From Podarcis pityusensis (Eukaryota), in NCBI GenBank assembly GCA_964106645.2, contig OZ067041.1: DNA of 64,000 nucleotides. One strand, 5' to 3'. Each line of letters opens with the position of its first letter. Position 1 is the first letter of the stretch. Below the pieces are notes generated by a model. It had not been told where the DNA came from. It saw only the letters and a program-made list of their open reading frames with translations, and did not search any database. The position numbers and the translations under genes were made by a program. This document shows, in pieces, positions 27,103-37,898 of this stretch.

Positions 27103-27818
27103 TTGCCCTTGTAAAGAGATTCATGTTTTCTCAATGTAGGGGGAATCACCTAAATCTCAATTTGAAGGCAAAGTGCTCAAGATTCACACTTCTCATATTA
27201 GCACATCACAGTCACATGAAAATGCACTGAGAGTTTCAGTATTGTAATCACTATCATGAATGAATTACAATTCAATGGAGAAGTCAAATGGCAAGGTCAA
27301 AGTCAAAGAAAAAAACACACCATACAAACCAATCTAGATTTCATCCATGTATGGAAATGGATATGGAATAATGCACTGGAAAAAAGTAAATCTGTTAATC
27401 CAACTTTGATTAATTCTAGCAGAGGCCTTAGAGATGTATTAATGAGCAAAAATATTATGAAGATATTAATAAGTGCATTTCATTAAAGATTTCTACCACA
27501 TACAGGAATTAGTATATAACTGCTTTTTATTATTATCATCTTCAAGAATACATAGGGAAGAGTCTGTCCAAGAATGACTACAGCTTTTATCCATTCCTCA
27601 AAGAACTGAAGCCTAGACACAGACCTCACAATATATTTAGTCAGTGGGTATTTACTTTAAAGTAAAATAGACTCCACTTCAGCTTACAGCCATTGAAAGC
27701 TTCCAAACTGCGGCCCTGCATGTAGCGGCCTACAGACATTGTCCATCTGAGATATGCATGGGTTATTTGTTGCATTCTCTGTATCTTTCTTTCACCAAGG
27801 AGGAGTTGCACTGCCCCC

Positions 27819-27852
<34 letters not shown>

Positions 27853-27871
27853 TTATTTATACCCCGCCCAT
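27819..27871 (-). mobile_element. Extreme 5'-truncated L2 3' end with (ATT)n tail
   Basis: (AAT)n then TTTATTTATACCCCGCCCA, matching the terminus of the L2 near 56025-56043. Confidence 0.75.
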
Positions 27872-28368
27872 TTTACAAATAGCAATAAAAAAGTTTACTG
27901 CAATACAGAACAGAAGTAAATACTATGTTAGAGCAGCATTCATGAAACCTGTTGTCAATCTAGAATTCAGTGTTGGGAGTTAGGTCATAAAAAAAGAGCA
28001 GAGAGTGAACTACATTTAAATGCATGTAACTGCACATGGGACTAAAGTCTTGATTAATTCCACTATATGAAAGTGTTCAAATACGTTTTGAATGCATCAA
28101 CTGCAGAATTCATTTCCAAACAGAAATGAAAGGTCTTGTAGATATCAAACAGAAGCTCTCTTCCAGGAGCTGCTCTACATCCATTCAGGAGATGGACATC
28201 AATGAGTTGCTTTTTTCCAAAGATAAATCACACATCTTTCTATTTCAAGCTGCGTTTTCCTCAGACTAATTTCTCTGCAAGCTATCAGTTTAGGCTTCTG
28301 GCAAGAGTGACTGACCCTCATCCCCGTGCAGCTGGAGTGGGGAGGAAGATGAACTGCAAGGTGGGGTA

Positions 28369-28369
<1 letters not shown>

Positions 28370-28406
<37 letters not shown>
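28370..28406. repeat. (AAAG)n microsatellite
   Basis: Directly visible. Confidence 0.95.
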
Positions 28407-28408
<2 letters not shown>

Positions 28409-29963
28409 GGTAAAGGAGGAGAGAAAGAGATGGTCCCATCTGCTTTTGGCTCTTACCCCACATACCACCAGCATGTTCCCAATAAATTACCCCAGAGGGA
28501 ATACAGCACTTGAGAGTCAGGCGGCTGCCCTTCTCTGCATTAAACTATACAAACAGGGGACTATAGAATGTTACAACAGCATTTATCTGAAAGTACATGC
28601 CATTAATGCTCAGTTTTATTACCATTTAAATCAAAGATCTTATCAATAAATGAACAATTAAATGCCAGATGTTTTTCTTGCCTATGAAATGTACAATTAT
28701 TTACCCATGACAGTGGAGGGCATGGGCTAGGTAGTACATCCAATTAACTGACCCGAAGAGAATCTGCATTACTTACGAACTAACTTATTTAGTTTTCAGG
28801 TACTAAGTACATTGCAGTAATTTAAAGGATACTAATAAGACACGGGCTTCTGTATATTTTACTCCCATAAAGAAGAAAATTCTCTGCAAACACTGCTGTA
28901 GAACATTGTTAGCTTCTTCATCTGAGATAACATTAACTCCCATAACAGGGTTCAATGAACTAAATATTAGCCCATCCAATGTACAAGGCCCATTAATGTA
29001 AACCACCAGGACTAACACTCAAGCTGGATGTTGCTGGTGCAATTCAATTATCACCAGCAATCAATTTCCATTTTCACTTTTTTAAGATAAGCAATGGAAT
29101 TGTTAATGATACGACAGGCAGAATGGATTTTACAGCAGAAAAAATAGTCAAGAAAATATAGCACAAGAAATAGCATATATCATACCTAAAGCAAAGTAAC
29201 GTAGAAATAAAACCAAGCACTACTAATTTATTCTCTATTTATCGTTTATTTTGTATTTTTTTACTTGTTTCATGAGATAATCCAGCTAATACGAAGCGTT
29301 TTAAAATCCCTTTTATTGTAATTGTGGAGTTATGCACTTGCTTAGGGCTGCAACCCTAAACTTGCTTGCTATAGAGTAAGCTCCACTGGGATGCTGTGGG
29401 GCTTGCTTCTAGGTCAACATGCATGGGATTGCAATGTAAGTCATTCCTATTGAAATGAATATAATTTAAAAGGGCTTCGTTGTAGGGAGAAAATGAGCAC
29501 TGCTTTTATAGACAGTCACCATGAATTGTTATAAAATACCATACCATACCATACCATACCATTCCATATACAGTGGTGCCCTGCAAGACGAACGCCCCGC
29601 AAGACGAAAAACTCGCGAGACGAAAGGTTTTTTCGTTTTCGAGTTGCTTCGCAAGATGCATTTCCCTATGGGCTTGCTTCGTAAGACGAAAACGTCTTGC
29701 AAGTTTGTTTCCTTTTTCGTAAAACCGTTAAAACCCAGGGTGCATTGCTGGAAGAGGTGCAGTTGCGACTTGACTTCGAGGAGCAACACATTGCACGTGG
29801 TGTGGTGGCCTTTTTGAGCTTTTTAAAGAGTTTGCTGAATTTTTGAAGCTTTTCCAAAACTTCTTTTGCAGCTGTTTGGTAAGTTAAACTTTTAAAACTT
29901 TTTTGGGGGTTTTTGGATTTTGGGTTGGGGTGTTTAGAATTCAAGGATTTGGTGTTGGGGAGA

Positions 29964-30460
29964 GGTTTGCGAGAATCTGGGAGCTTGTGTGGTTTTTTTC
30001 TGCATTTTTATGATTTTCTGTGACCATTGGGCCATGTTTATTTTTTTTTGAAAAAAAAATCTGGGTTTGAATTTCTGTGTGCTGGGTGGCTGGGGGAACA
30101 GCTGGGAAGGGGTTTGCAAGAATCTGGGAGCTTGTGTGGGGTTTTTTTTGAATTTTTATGGTTTTCTGTGACCATTGGGCCATGTTGTTGTTTTTTGAAA
30201 AAATTTCTGGGTTTTGAATTTCTGTGTGCTGGGTGGCTGGGGGAACAGCTGGGGAGGGGTTTGCAAAAATCTGGGAGCTTGTGTGGGTTTTTTTTTTATT
30301 TTTTATGGTTTTCTGTGACCATTGGGCCATGTTGGTTTTTTTTGAAAAAATTTCTGGGTTTTGAATTTCTGTGTGCTGGGTGGATGGGGGAACAGTTGAG
30401 GAGGGGTTTGCAACAGTTGGGGAGGGGTTTGCAACAGTTGGGGAGGGGCTGGGGGAACAG
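29964..30460 (+). repeat. Tandem array: 3 x 147-bp units then 21-bp units, inside the Tigger leader
   Basis: Anchor GGTTTGC recurs at 29964, 30111, 30258 and 30405, followed by GCAACAGTTGGGGAGGGGTTT repeats. Confidence 0.95.
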
Positions 30461-30701
30461 TTGAGGTTTTTGAAGACTTTGGTGATTTTTAAAGCTTTCC
30501 CAAAACTTCTTTTGCAGCCATTTGAGGATTTTGAAGACTTTGGTGATTTGCAGCCATTTCGTAAGTTAAACTTTTAAAACTTTTTTGGGGTTTTTTGGAT
30601 TTTGGGTTGGGTGTTTGGAATTCAAGGACTTGGTTCTGGGTTTGAATTGCTGATTTTTTTTTTCCTTTTTCTGAGTTTACGAAGGTAAGAGCTGTGCTGC
30701 C

Positions 30702-32405
30702 ATGGGACCCAAGAAGACTGCTGCTGCTGCGGAGGCCGGCAAGAGGAAGAAGGAGAAGGTGACGCTGGAAATGAAGAAGGAGATCATCTGGAAGCACGAT
30801 GGTGGAATGCGTGTGACGGACCTTGCCAGGGAGTACGGCAGGAACCCATCGACCATCGGGACCATCCTGAAGATGAGGGAGAAGATCCTTGCGACTGATG
30901 CAGCCAAGGGAGTCACCAGGATCGTGAAGAACCGCCCAGCTGTTCTGGAGGAGGTCGAGAAGTTGCTGCTCATCTGGTTAGAAGAGAAGCAGCGTGCAGG
31001 GGACACAGTGACTGAGGCCGTCATTTGTGAGAAGGCCAAGGCCTTGCACGCAGACCTCATCCGGGAACAGCCAGGAACCTCAGGCGAGCCAGAAGTCTTC
31101 AAGGCAATCAGAGGCTGGTTTGACCGGTTCAAGGCAAGATCTGGAATCCACAGCGTGGTCAGGAATGGAGAGGCTGCCAGTTCTGATGTTCCTGCGGCTG
31201 AAGACTTTGCCTTGGAGTTCCTGGAGGCTGTGAAGACAGAGGGCTACGTTCCACAGCAGGTCTTCAACTGCGACGAGACCGGGCTGTTTTGGAAGAGGAT
31301 GCCCAAAAGGACTTTCCTCACACAGGAGGAGGCCAAGTTGCCTGGCCACAAGCCCATGAAGGACCGTCTGACCCTGCTCTTCTGTGCCAACGCAAGCGGC
31401 GACCTGAAGATCAAGCCCCTGCTGGTGTACCACTCGGAGGACCCACAGGCCTTCAAGAAACACAAGGTCGACAAGGAGCGGCTGAGTGTCATGTGGCGAT
31501 CCAACAGCAAGGCTTGGGTCACACGTGTGCTGTTTGTGGACTGGGTCAATCTTGCTTTTGGCCCTGCTGTCAAACAGTACCTGCTGGACAACGACCTGCC
31601 GCTGAAGGCTTTGCTTCTGATGGACAATGCTCCTGCTCATCCTAAAGGCCTTGAGGTGGACTTGTTGGAGGAGTTCAGCTTCATCAACATCATGTTCCTG
31701 CCGCCTAACACCACGCCACTGCTCCAGCTGATGGATCAGCAGGTCTTCGCCAATTTCAAAAAACTCTACACCAAGGAGCTTTTCAGGCGATGCTTCGAGG
31801 TGACTGATTGCACCACCATCACCCTGCGGGAATTCTGGAAGGACCACTTCGACATCGTCACCTGCTTGAAGATGATCACCACGGCCTGGAACGGGATGAG
31901 CCAGAGAAATTTGAGTGGCGCTTGGCGCAGCCTGTGGCCGGACTGTGTGGCACCAAGTGACTCTGATGCACCAGAGTCAACAGTGGCGCAGGACATTGTT
32001 GCCTTGGGGAGGACCATGGGCCTGGAGGTCACAGAGGAGGACGTCTGCGAGCTGGTGGAGGAGCACGACCACGAGCTGACCACCCAGGAGCTGGTTGAAC
32101 TGCAGTCAGAGGTTGCGCAGGAGCAGGCCTCGCTGGAAGAGGAGGAAGCAACTGAGGAACGGCCGTCCTCCAAAGAACTGAGGGACATATGCCAGAAGTG
32201 GAAGGAGGTGCAGGCTTTTGCAGAGCGGCACCACTCTAACAAGCACGTGGCACATGACCTAGCGAACACTTTTGATACGACGGTCATGTTGCCTCTCAGG
32301 GAGCTGCTGAAAAGGCGGATGAAGCAGCAGACCATGGACAGGTTCCTCAGCAAGAAGCAAAGAGTGGAAGAGGAACCTTCTTCAAATGGTCCCCCAGAGT
32401 CTTAG
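30702..32405 (+). CDS. Tigger/pogo transposase, 567 aa (TIGD1-like; CENP-B-type HTH domains plus DDE_1 domain, DD36D)
   Basis: Strong Kozak GCTGCCATGG. N-terminal HTH (VTDLAREYGRNPSTIGTILK), second HTH ending RGWFDRFK, catalytic FNCDETG, MDNAPAH and MDQ with 36 residues between D2 and D3, C-terminal PIP-box-like QQTMDRFL. Confidence 0.96.
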   Translation: MGPKKTAAAAEAGKRKKEKVTLEMKKEIIWKHDGGMRVTDLAREYGRNPSTIGTILKMREKILATDAAKGVTRIVKNRPAVLEEVEKLLLIWLEEKQRAGDTVTEAVICEKAKALHADLIREQPGTSGEPEVFKAIRGWFDRFKARSGIHSVVRNGEAASSDVPAAEDFALEFLEAVKTEGYVPQQVFNCDETGLFWKRMPKRTFLTQEEAKLPGHKPMKDRLTLLFCANASGDLKIKPLLVYHSEDPQAFKKHKVDKERLSVMWRSNSKAWVTRVLFVDWVNLAFGPAVKQYLLDNDLPLKALLLMDNAPAHPKGLEVDLLEEFSFINIMFLPPNTTPLLQLMDQQVFANFKKLYTKELFRRCFEVTDCTTITLREFWKDHFDIVTCLKMITTAWNGMSQRNLSGAWRSLWPDCVAPSDSDAPESTVAQDIVALGRTMGLEVTEEDVCELVEEHDHELTTQELVELQSEVAQEQASLEEEEATEERPSSKELRDICQKWKEVQAFAERHHSNKHVAHDLANTFDTTVMLPLRELLKRRMKQQTMDRFLSKKQRVEEEPSSNGPPES

Positions 32406-33294
32406 AAAATGTAATGTACCCTTTTTTGATTTTTAAATGTTTTTCCTGTCATGTTTAGAAACTTAATTTATTGTTCCTTCAATTTTTGATATGCTCTTTA
32501 AAGTATGTGTGACTTTAAAGAGCAGTTAATAAACTATTGTTGTATCAAATTTGGCTTTGATTGGACTTTTTTTGACCATAGGAACGCATTAATTGAATTT
32601 CAATGCATTCCTATGGGAAACCGTGCTTCGCAAGACGAAAAATTCGCTAGACGAAAAAACTCGCGGAATGAATTAATTTCGTCTTGCGAGGCACCACTGT
32701 AATAACATGTAAATAAAATGAGCAATTAGCCATAAAATCAGCCTACTATTCCCCCCCTATTTGTTTGTCTTCGTCCTGCACTTCAATGCCCTCTGCAACT
32801 GGGCAGCAGCCTTACTAGGATATAATGGTAAGGAGAGATTGCCAACCACCTGGCAATCACCTGGCATCATTATTACATCACGTTACAACTTCAAAAGAGG
32901 TTGTTGTCAGCATCAATCAGCTGACTGGCACTGAGAACAGGTGTGATTTTGCTTCAGCCCACACCTACAAATGGACATATTTCCTCTGCAGAGTGGCAAA
33001 GCTGCCTGTAAATGGGGGGAAATGTCTGTTTCCAGGTCCAGTTTGAAACCAAACCATGCTAGCAAACAGGCTACTTTGAAGTAGCTTGGTGTCAGCACCA
33101 ATCAGCTGTTGGCCCTGTCAGCAAGCCCCACTTGCCAATGAACAATTGAGAGTATACTTTAAGCTCCCAATTGCTCCTTTGCCACTGAACCTTTAACCAC
33201 AACAGGTGGTTTTGGTGAGGCAACAGCCCTGCATGCCAAATTAGGATTCCTGTGGGAACTACATAACTCTGTGGGGTGGAAGTTTTGCGCCATG

Positions 33295-33480
33295 GTGGTA
33301 TTCAACTAAATAATTGCACAAGTGGAATGACTTCTGCTTGTGCAATGGGATTTCCCCCCTCTCCTTCCCCTGCACATGCCTTAAACCACCCCCAAACCTG
33401 CTCCAGATATTTGGGGAATCCCCCTAGAGCAGATGTAAACAGTGCACAGGGGGAGGACATTTGCCACTATGTTGAATATT
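33295..33480. mobile_element. Degenerate short MITE-like repeat
   Basis: Ends GGTATTCAAC...GTTGAATA are inverted; internal partial symmetry. Confidence 0.4.
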
Positions 33481-33605
33481 ACTCCATTGTTTTAGCAGCA
33501 GCTGAAGATCTATAGGACCTCACCCTGGAACCTTATGATGAAGTGGGGATAACGTATCCTATGAATAAATATTTAGATAAATAGGAACCATCATTCCAGA
33601 GGTCA

Positions 33606-34182
33606 TAGAATCATAGAATCATAGAATCATAGAGTTGGAAGAGACCACAAGCGCCATCGAGTCCAACCCCCTGCCAAGCAGGAAACACCATCAGAGTACT
33701 CCTGACATATGGTTGTCAAGCCTCTGCTTAAAGACCTCCAAAGAAGGAGACTCCACCACACTCCTTGGCAGCAAATTCCACTGTTGAACAGCTCTTACTG
33801 TCAGGAAGTTCTTCCTAATGTTTAGGTGGAATCTTCTTTCTTGTAGTTTGGATCCATTGCTCCGTGTCCGCTTCTCTGGAGCAGCAGAAAACAACATTTC
33901 TCCCTCCTCTATGTGACATCCTTTTATATATTTGAACATGGCTATCATATCACCCCTTAACCTCCTCTTCTCCAGGCTAAACATGCCCAGCTCCCTTAGC
34001 CGTTCCTCATAAGGCATCGTTTCCAGGCCTTTGACCATTTTGGTTGCCCTCCTCTGGACACGTTCCAGTTTGTCAGTGTCCTTCTTGAATTGTGGTGCCC
34101 AGAACTGGACACAGTACTCCAGGTGAGGTCTGACCAGAGCAGAATACAGTGGCACTATTACTTCCCTTGATCTAGATGCTAT
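33606..34182 (-). mobile_element. Young 5'-truncated CR1 LINE
   Basis: (ATTCTATG)n tail. Uninterrupted ORF2 C-terminus ([15 protein letters not shown]...[11 protein letters not shown]...WNLLP). Short TSD AGGTCA at 33600-33605 and 34183-34188. Confidence 0.95.
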
Positions 34183-36280
34183 AGGTCAACCTGGGCTTTT
34201 ACAGGACTATCAAACAAGGCAACTGGGAACTCATACACAGGCATGGGTAAGTATCACTTGAGAAACAGCAATGCTTGCCAATGTAGCAACCAAAACATGA
34301 CATTCCAGAACAAGTAATCTGAAGGCCTCCAATTCCATCACCAAAGCACTCCTGTCATCTCAGGCACACGGACTGTTGAGCAATGAGATAGGCAGCACTC
34401 CAAGAGAATCCCTGTGCTTTCTCTCTCAGCACAAGATGCATATAGTCAGAGTCAGCAGACCTGAGTAGAGGGGGAAAGAACCCCTTAGACCACAGCATCT
34501 AGTCTTAAATCAGAAAACAAAACAATTAACAGGAAGGAGTTACAGAGGTATGTTACTAAAATAAATCAGCAGTCTATTGAATGGGACTATTCTAGTACTT
34601 TGTGATTAATTCCAACAGTTAATATACCAATATTTATCTATGTAGTTAAACCTCCAGAAATATCTAGCTTTTGTTAAAGGAAAAAAAGGAATTACAGTAT
34701 GCATTAATCATTTTATGTAGGGAATAATAAACCTTATTCAAATTGATAAAACATAGTATAAAAAGCTGTTTGAATACCAAGTTTCTCTAAAATATTTATA
34801 ATTAGCAGCTGCAAAAATGGCAGCTGTATGCTAGCTGTAGTTCTGGAGAAGCATATGGATAAGTAGGCTCTCCAAATGTGGAGGAAAAATATGATGCTAA
34901 AAATTATTTGCAAATGCAATATTTAATTGCAATGAACACAATTAAGCAAAGTTAAGCATTCTAAATCCTATTGATTTGAACAGAAGTGCTTATGAACATC
35001 TAGAAATCATTCTCATTAGAATCTTTGAGACTTTAAATCCCCAGAAGTCCGCCGTAATACAAATGCATTCATTTATATCAATCCCTTGTTATCTTTCATT
35101 CTCTGCCCACTGTCAGGCTTTCAGATGTTATGTTCCTTGGCACAGGTGATGTGGCACCTACATTTTTGTTTACGCAGTAAAGTAGCAACCCATCTGATCA
35201 GCAGATGTATGTTCTGGCTGCCAAGTGAGGTTGCTTAAACTGCATTGAGCAGAGCCAGGCGCTCTGGATGCCCAGCCTTCGCAAGTGGAAAGCACTTTTG
35301 GTCTGAGAGGGCAATGAAGTTGACAGGTGTTCCTTTTAGGCATCTGACTGCTCTTGTATTTTCCCCTGAACACTGCAGGTTTAAAATAGGTCACTTATTA
35401 GGTTTTGTGTGTCCACTACTCTCAGCTGTTCCCCAGTCAGCAGAGCAGCCCAATGGGAACTGCAGGGAGAGAGGAATGTTTTCAACCTTCCCTAACCCTC
35501 AAGTGATTCTGATGAATATTACCTCTCCCCATGCTGCTATTAAGCTTGTTCCTAAATGGGAATTGCAGGGGAGGGGGATATTTAGCCAGCTGAGAAGGGC
35601 TACCTAGTAGGGAAAAGACAGCTGGGAGAGACAGTGCGTGAAATACCTCTGATCCTAACCCACTGCCATTTCCAGCGCACCCATTGCTGAAAGTTTATTC
35701 AAGAAAATCCTGCTCTTCATGGAAGAATAAATAAATATTGCTCTTATTGCTGCAGTCTTTTCGAGGCTTTAGGGCTGAGTACTGTCAGTTCAGAACACAG
35801 CATACATGCACAGTCAAACACCAGGTAGGGAACATAATGTCTTAACTGAGCATTTGCTGCCCTGCTACTCACACCAACCTCTGCAGAAGGGGGGGGGGGC
35901 AGCAACACTTTCTCAACTGATTGAGAAGCTTCCAACAGCTCATCTGACATTCCCTGATGAAAGAGAGCTAAGGAAAAATAGCAAACTATTAAGTGACTTT
36001 GAAAGATGACTTGATCCCACAGCTTGTATATTGTAAGCTCAAAGGTATATATTATAATTGACATTGCATTTTTATTGCTTGGTATATCAAGTGTGCTTTG
36101 CATTATATCCATAATGCTGACATAGGCCTTATGAATTCCTGGTATGAAAGCATTATTTATTAACTGCAACTGAATTTTGTTCACAGTCAACACAACAGTA
36201 TTTGTCAATCAATGTTGGTTTTTAAAAGGAAAGCTCAGTCAGTGTGACTTCCCCTGCTGAAAACCTACTGCTAACCTATG

Positions 36281-36336
36281 ACTTTGGGCTTGAACTCATG
36301 GCCTGAGATTAAGAGTCTCATGCATTACCAACTGAG
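36281..36336 (-). pseudogene. tRNA-Lys(CTT)-derived fragment (SINE head or tRNA pseudogene)
   Basis: Minus strand CTCAGTTGGTAATGCATGAGACTCTTAATCTCAGGCCATGAGTTCAAGCCC resembles tRNA-Lys-CTT; acceptor stem missing. Confidence 0.7.
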
Positions 36337-36700
36337 TGGTATACCTGCAGTTACCAACCTCCCCTTTCTGAACTTACCCCACAGTAGCAGCACTGAAGTG
36401 GACTGAGAGCTGAGTGCCTGTGGGGCTTCCAGTCCAGTGGGTAAACCCATGGCCAAGTGGGAGGAAAGAGTGGGACAGCCATCAGTCTTCCTTACCCAGT
36501 TATAATGGACCATAACTGCTGGTCTCCTCCTGTTCCATCACAGCCCTGCTACCACTAGAACCACCACCTGATAAACCCACAAGCAAGTGAGCAAGCATGT
36601 GAGCCTTCATTGCAAAATAGAACCAAGTGAATAGCAATTCTCCACTGCCCAGCATCCCCCAGCCCAATTTCTGAGTTTCGAATACAGAATAATTGGTATA

Positions 36701-36939
36701 CAGTGGCACCTCGGTTTAAGAACAGCCCTGTTTACGAACTATTCAGTTTACAAACTCTGCAAAACTGGAGTGTGTCCCGGTTTGCAAAATTTACCACAGT
36801 CTAAGAATGGAATCCAAACGGTGGGAGGGCACCAGCGGCAGGAGGCCTCATTAGGGAAAGCGCGCCTCGGTTTAAGAACGGTTTCGGTTTAAGAACAGAC
36901 TTCTGGAACAGATTAAGTTCGTAAACCGAGGTACCACTG
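36701..36939. mobile_element. Tigger/pogo-type MITE, family B variant (239 bp)
   Basis: TA-flanked, TIRs CAGTGG(C/T)ACCTCGGTTTA(A/C)GAAC. Confidence 0.9.
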
Positions 36940-36980
36940 TATAGTATATTAAGCACATGGTGTTGTCTGTCTTCAGCTTT

Positions 36981-37345
36981 GTTGGTGCTGACCTTTAAAG
37001 TCCTAAACAGCCTCGGCCCTGTATATTTGAAGGAGTGTCTCCACCCCCATCATTCAGCCCAGACACTGAGGTCCAGCGCAGAGGGCCTTCTGGTGGTTCC
37101 TCACTGTGAGAAGTGAGGTTGCAGAGAACCAGGTAGAGGGCCTTCTCGGTAGTGGCACCCGCACTGTGGAACGCCCTCCCATCATATATCAAGGAAATAA
37201 ACAACTATCTGACATTTAGAAGACATCTGAAGGCAGCCCTGTTTAGGGAAGTTTTTAATGTTTCATGTTTTATCGTGTTTTTAATATTCTGTTGGGAGCT
37301 GCCTAGAGTGGCTGGGGTATAAATAATAAATTATTATTATTAAAT
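36981..37345 (+). mobile_element. L2 LINE 3' fragment with (TTA)n tail
   Basis: Homologous to the reverse complement of 55990-56380; short deletion in the terminal GGCTGGGG...GGGG region. Confidence 0.9.
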
Positions 37346-37596
37346 TATTATAAGGTTCAAAGAGAATGGCAAAATATTGCAGCTGACTCTTAACAAAAAT
37401 GAGAATCCAAAGGACATACATGCAATCTCATCCACTATATAATACTGTTCAGAATCTGGAATAACACCCACAGATACAGTATTTGTCCTATTTTGATTAT
37501 TAATGAACTACTAGATCCAGATTTTGCATATATATGTTTCTAAACTTTGCTTTGAGATAAGGAATAGATATGAGTTAACTACACCCATCAAATGTA

Positions 37597-37898
37597 CTGC
37601 AGATTCTGGCGTATTAGGCGACTGGGCGTATAAGATGACCCCCCAAATTGGCAGCTGCCAATTTGTGGGCTCGTCTTATACGCTTCGGCAGCTTCGCTGG
37701 GCAGCGGCAGTGGGCGGCAGGCTCCGTGCCGGGAGGAAGCTGCCCAGCGATGCTAAGCCGGCTTCACTGGGTGGCTTCCTCCCGGCATGGAGCGGAGCCC
37801 GCCGTCCAATGCAGCCATACCCGGTGTATAAGGCAACCCCCGACTTTTTAACCTCTTTTCTGGGGTTAAAAAGTCGTCTTATATGCCAGAATCTACGG
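37597..37898. mobile_element. Tc1/mariner-superfamily MITE with CCGTA-type TIRs (Tc2/pogo-like), CpG-rich core
   Basis: TA-flanked. Left CTGCAGATTCTGGCGTATTAGGCGACT versus right reverse complement CCGTAGATTCTGGCATATAAGACGACT. Confidence 0.85.

Larger units (their letters stand above)
29571..32699 (+). mobile_element. Full-length Tigger/pogo DNA transposon (3,129 bp)
   Basis: TA duplication at 29569-29570 and 32700-32701. 22-bp TIRs CAGTGGTGCC(CT/TC)GCAAGACGAA. Subterminal GCAAGACGAA-like repeats at both ends. Uninterrupted transposase ORF and AATAAA at 32528-32533. Confidence 0.97.

Noticed and set aside
29964-30460. CRISPR-like appearance of the repeat array
   Set aside because: Units are homologous over their full length with no unique spacers, and the context is eukaryotic.
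29941-30464. ORFs with 49-aa repeats on both strands
   Set aside because: By-product of the 147-bp unit being divisible by 3; low-complexity and homopolymer-driven.
30677-32353. Long antisense ORFs (151, 255 and 195 aa) over the transposase
   Set aside because: Expected shadow of a GC3-rich coding strand; no recognisable motifs.
30702-32405. Calling the ORF the host gene TIGD1
   Set aside because: It lies between intact TIRs with a TA duplication, so it is a transposon copy; no gene symbol assigned.
36281-36336. Functional tRNA-Lys gene
   Set aside because: Acceptor stem absent and arms mutated; a similar head occurs in the SINE at 41185.
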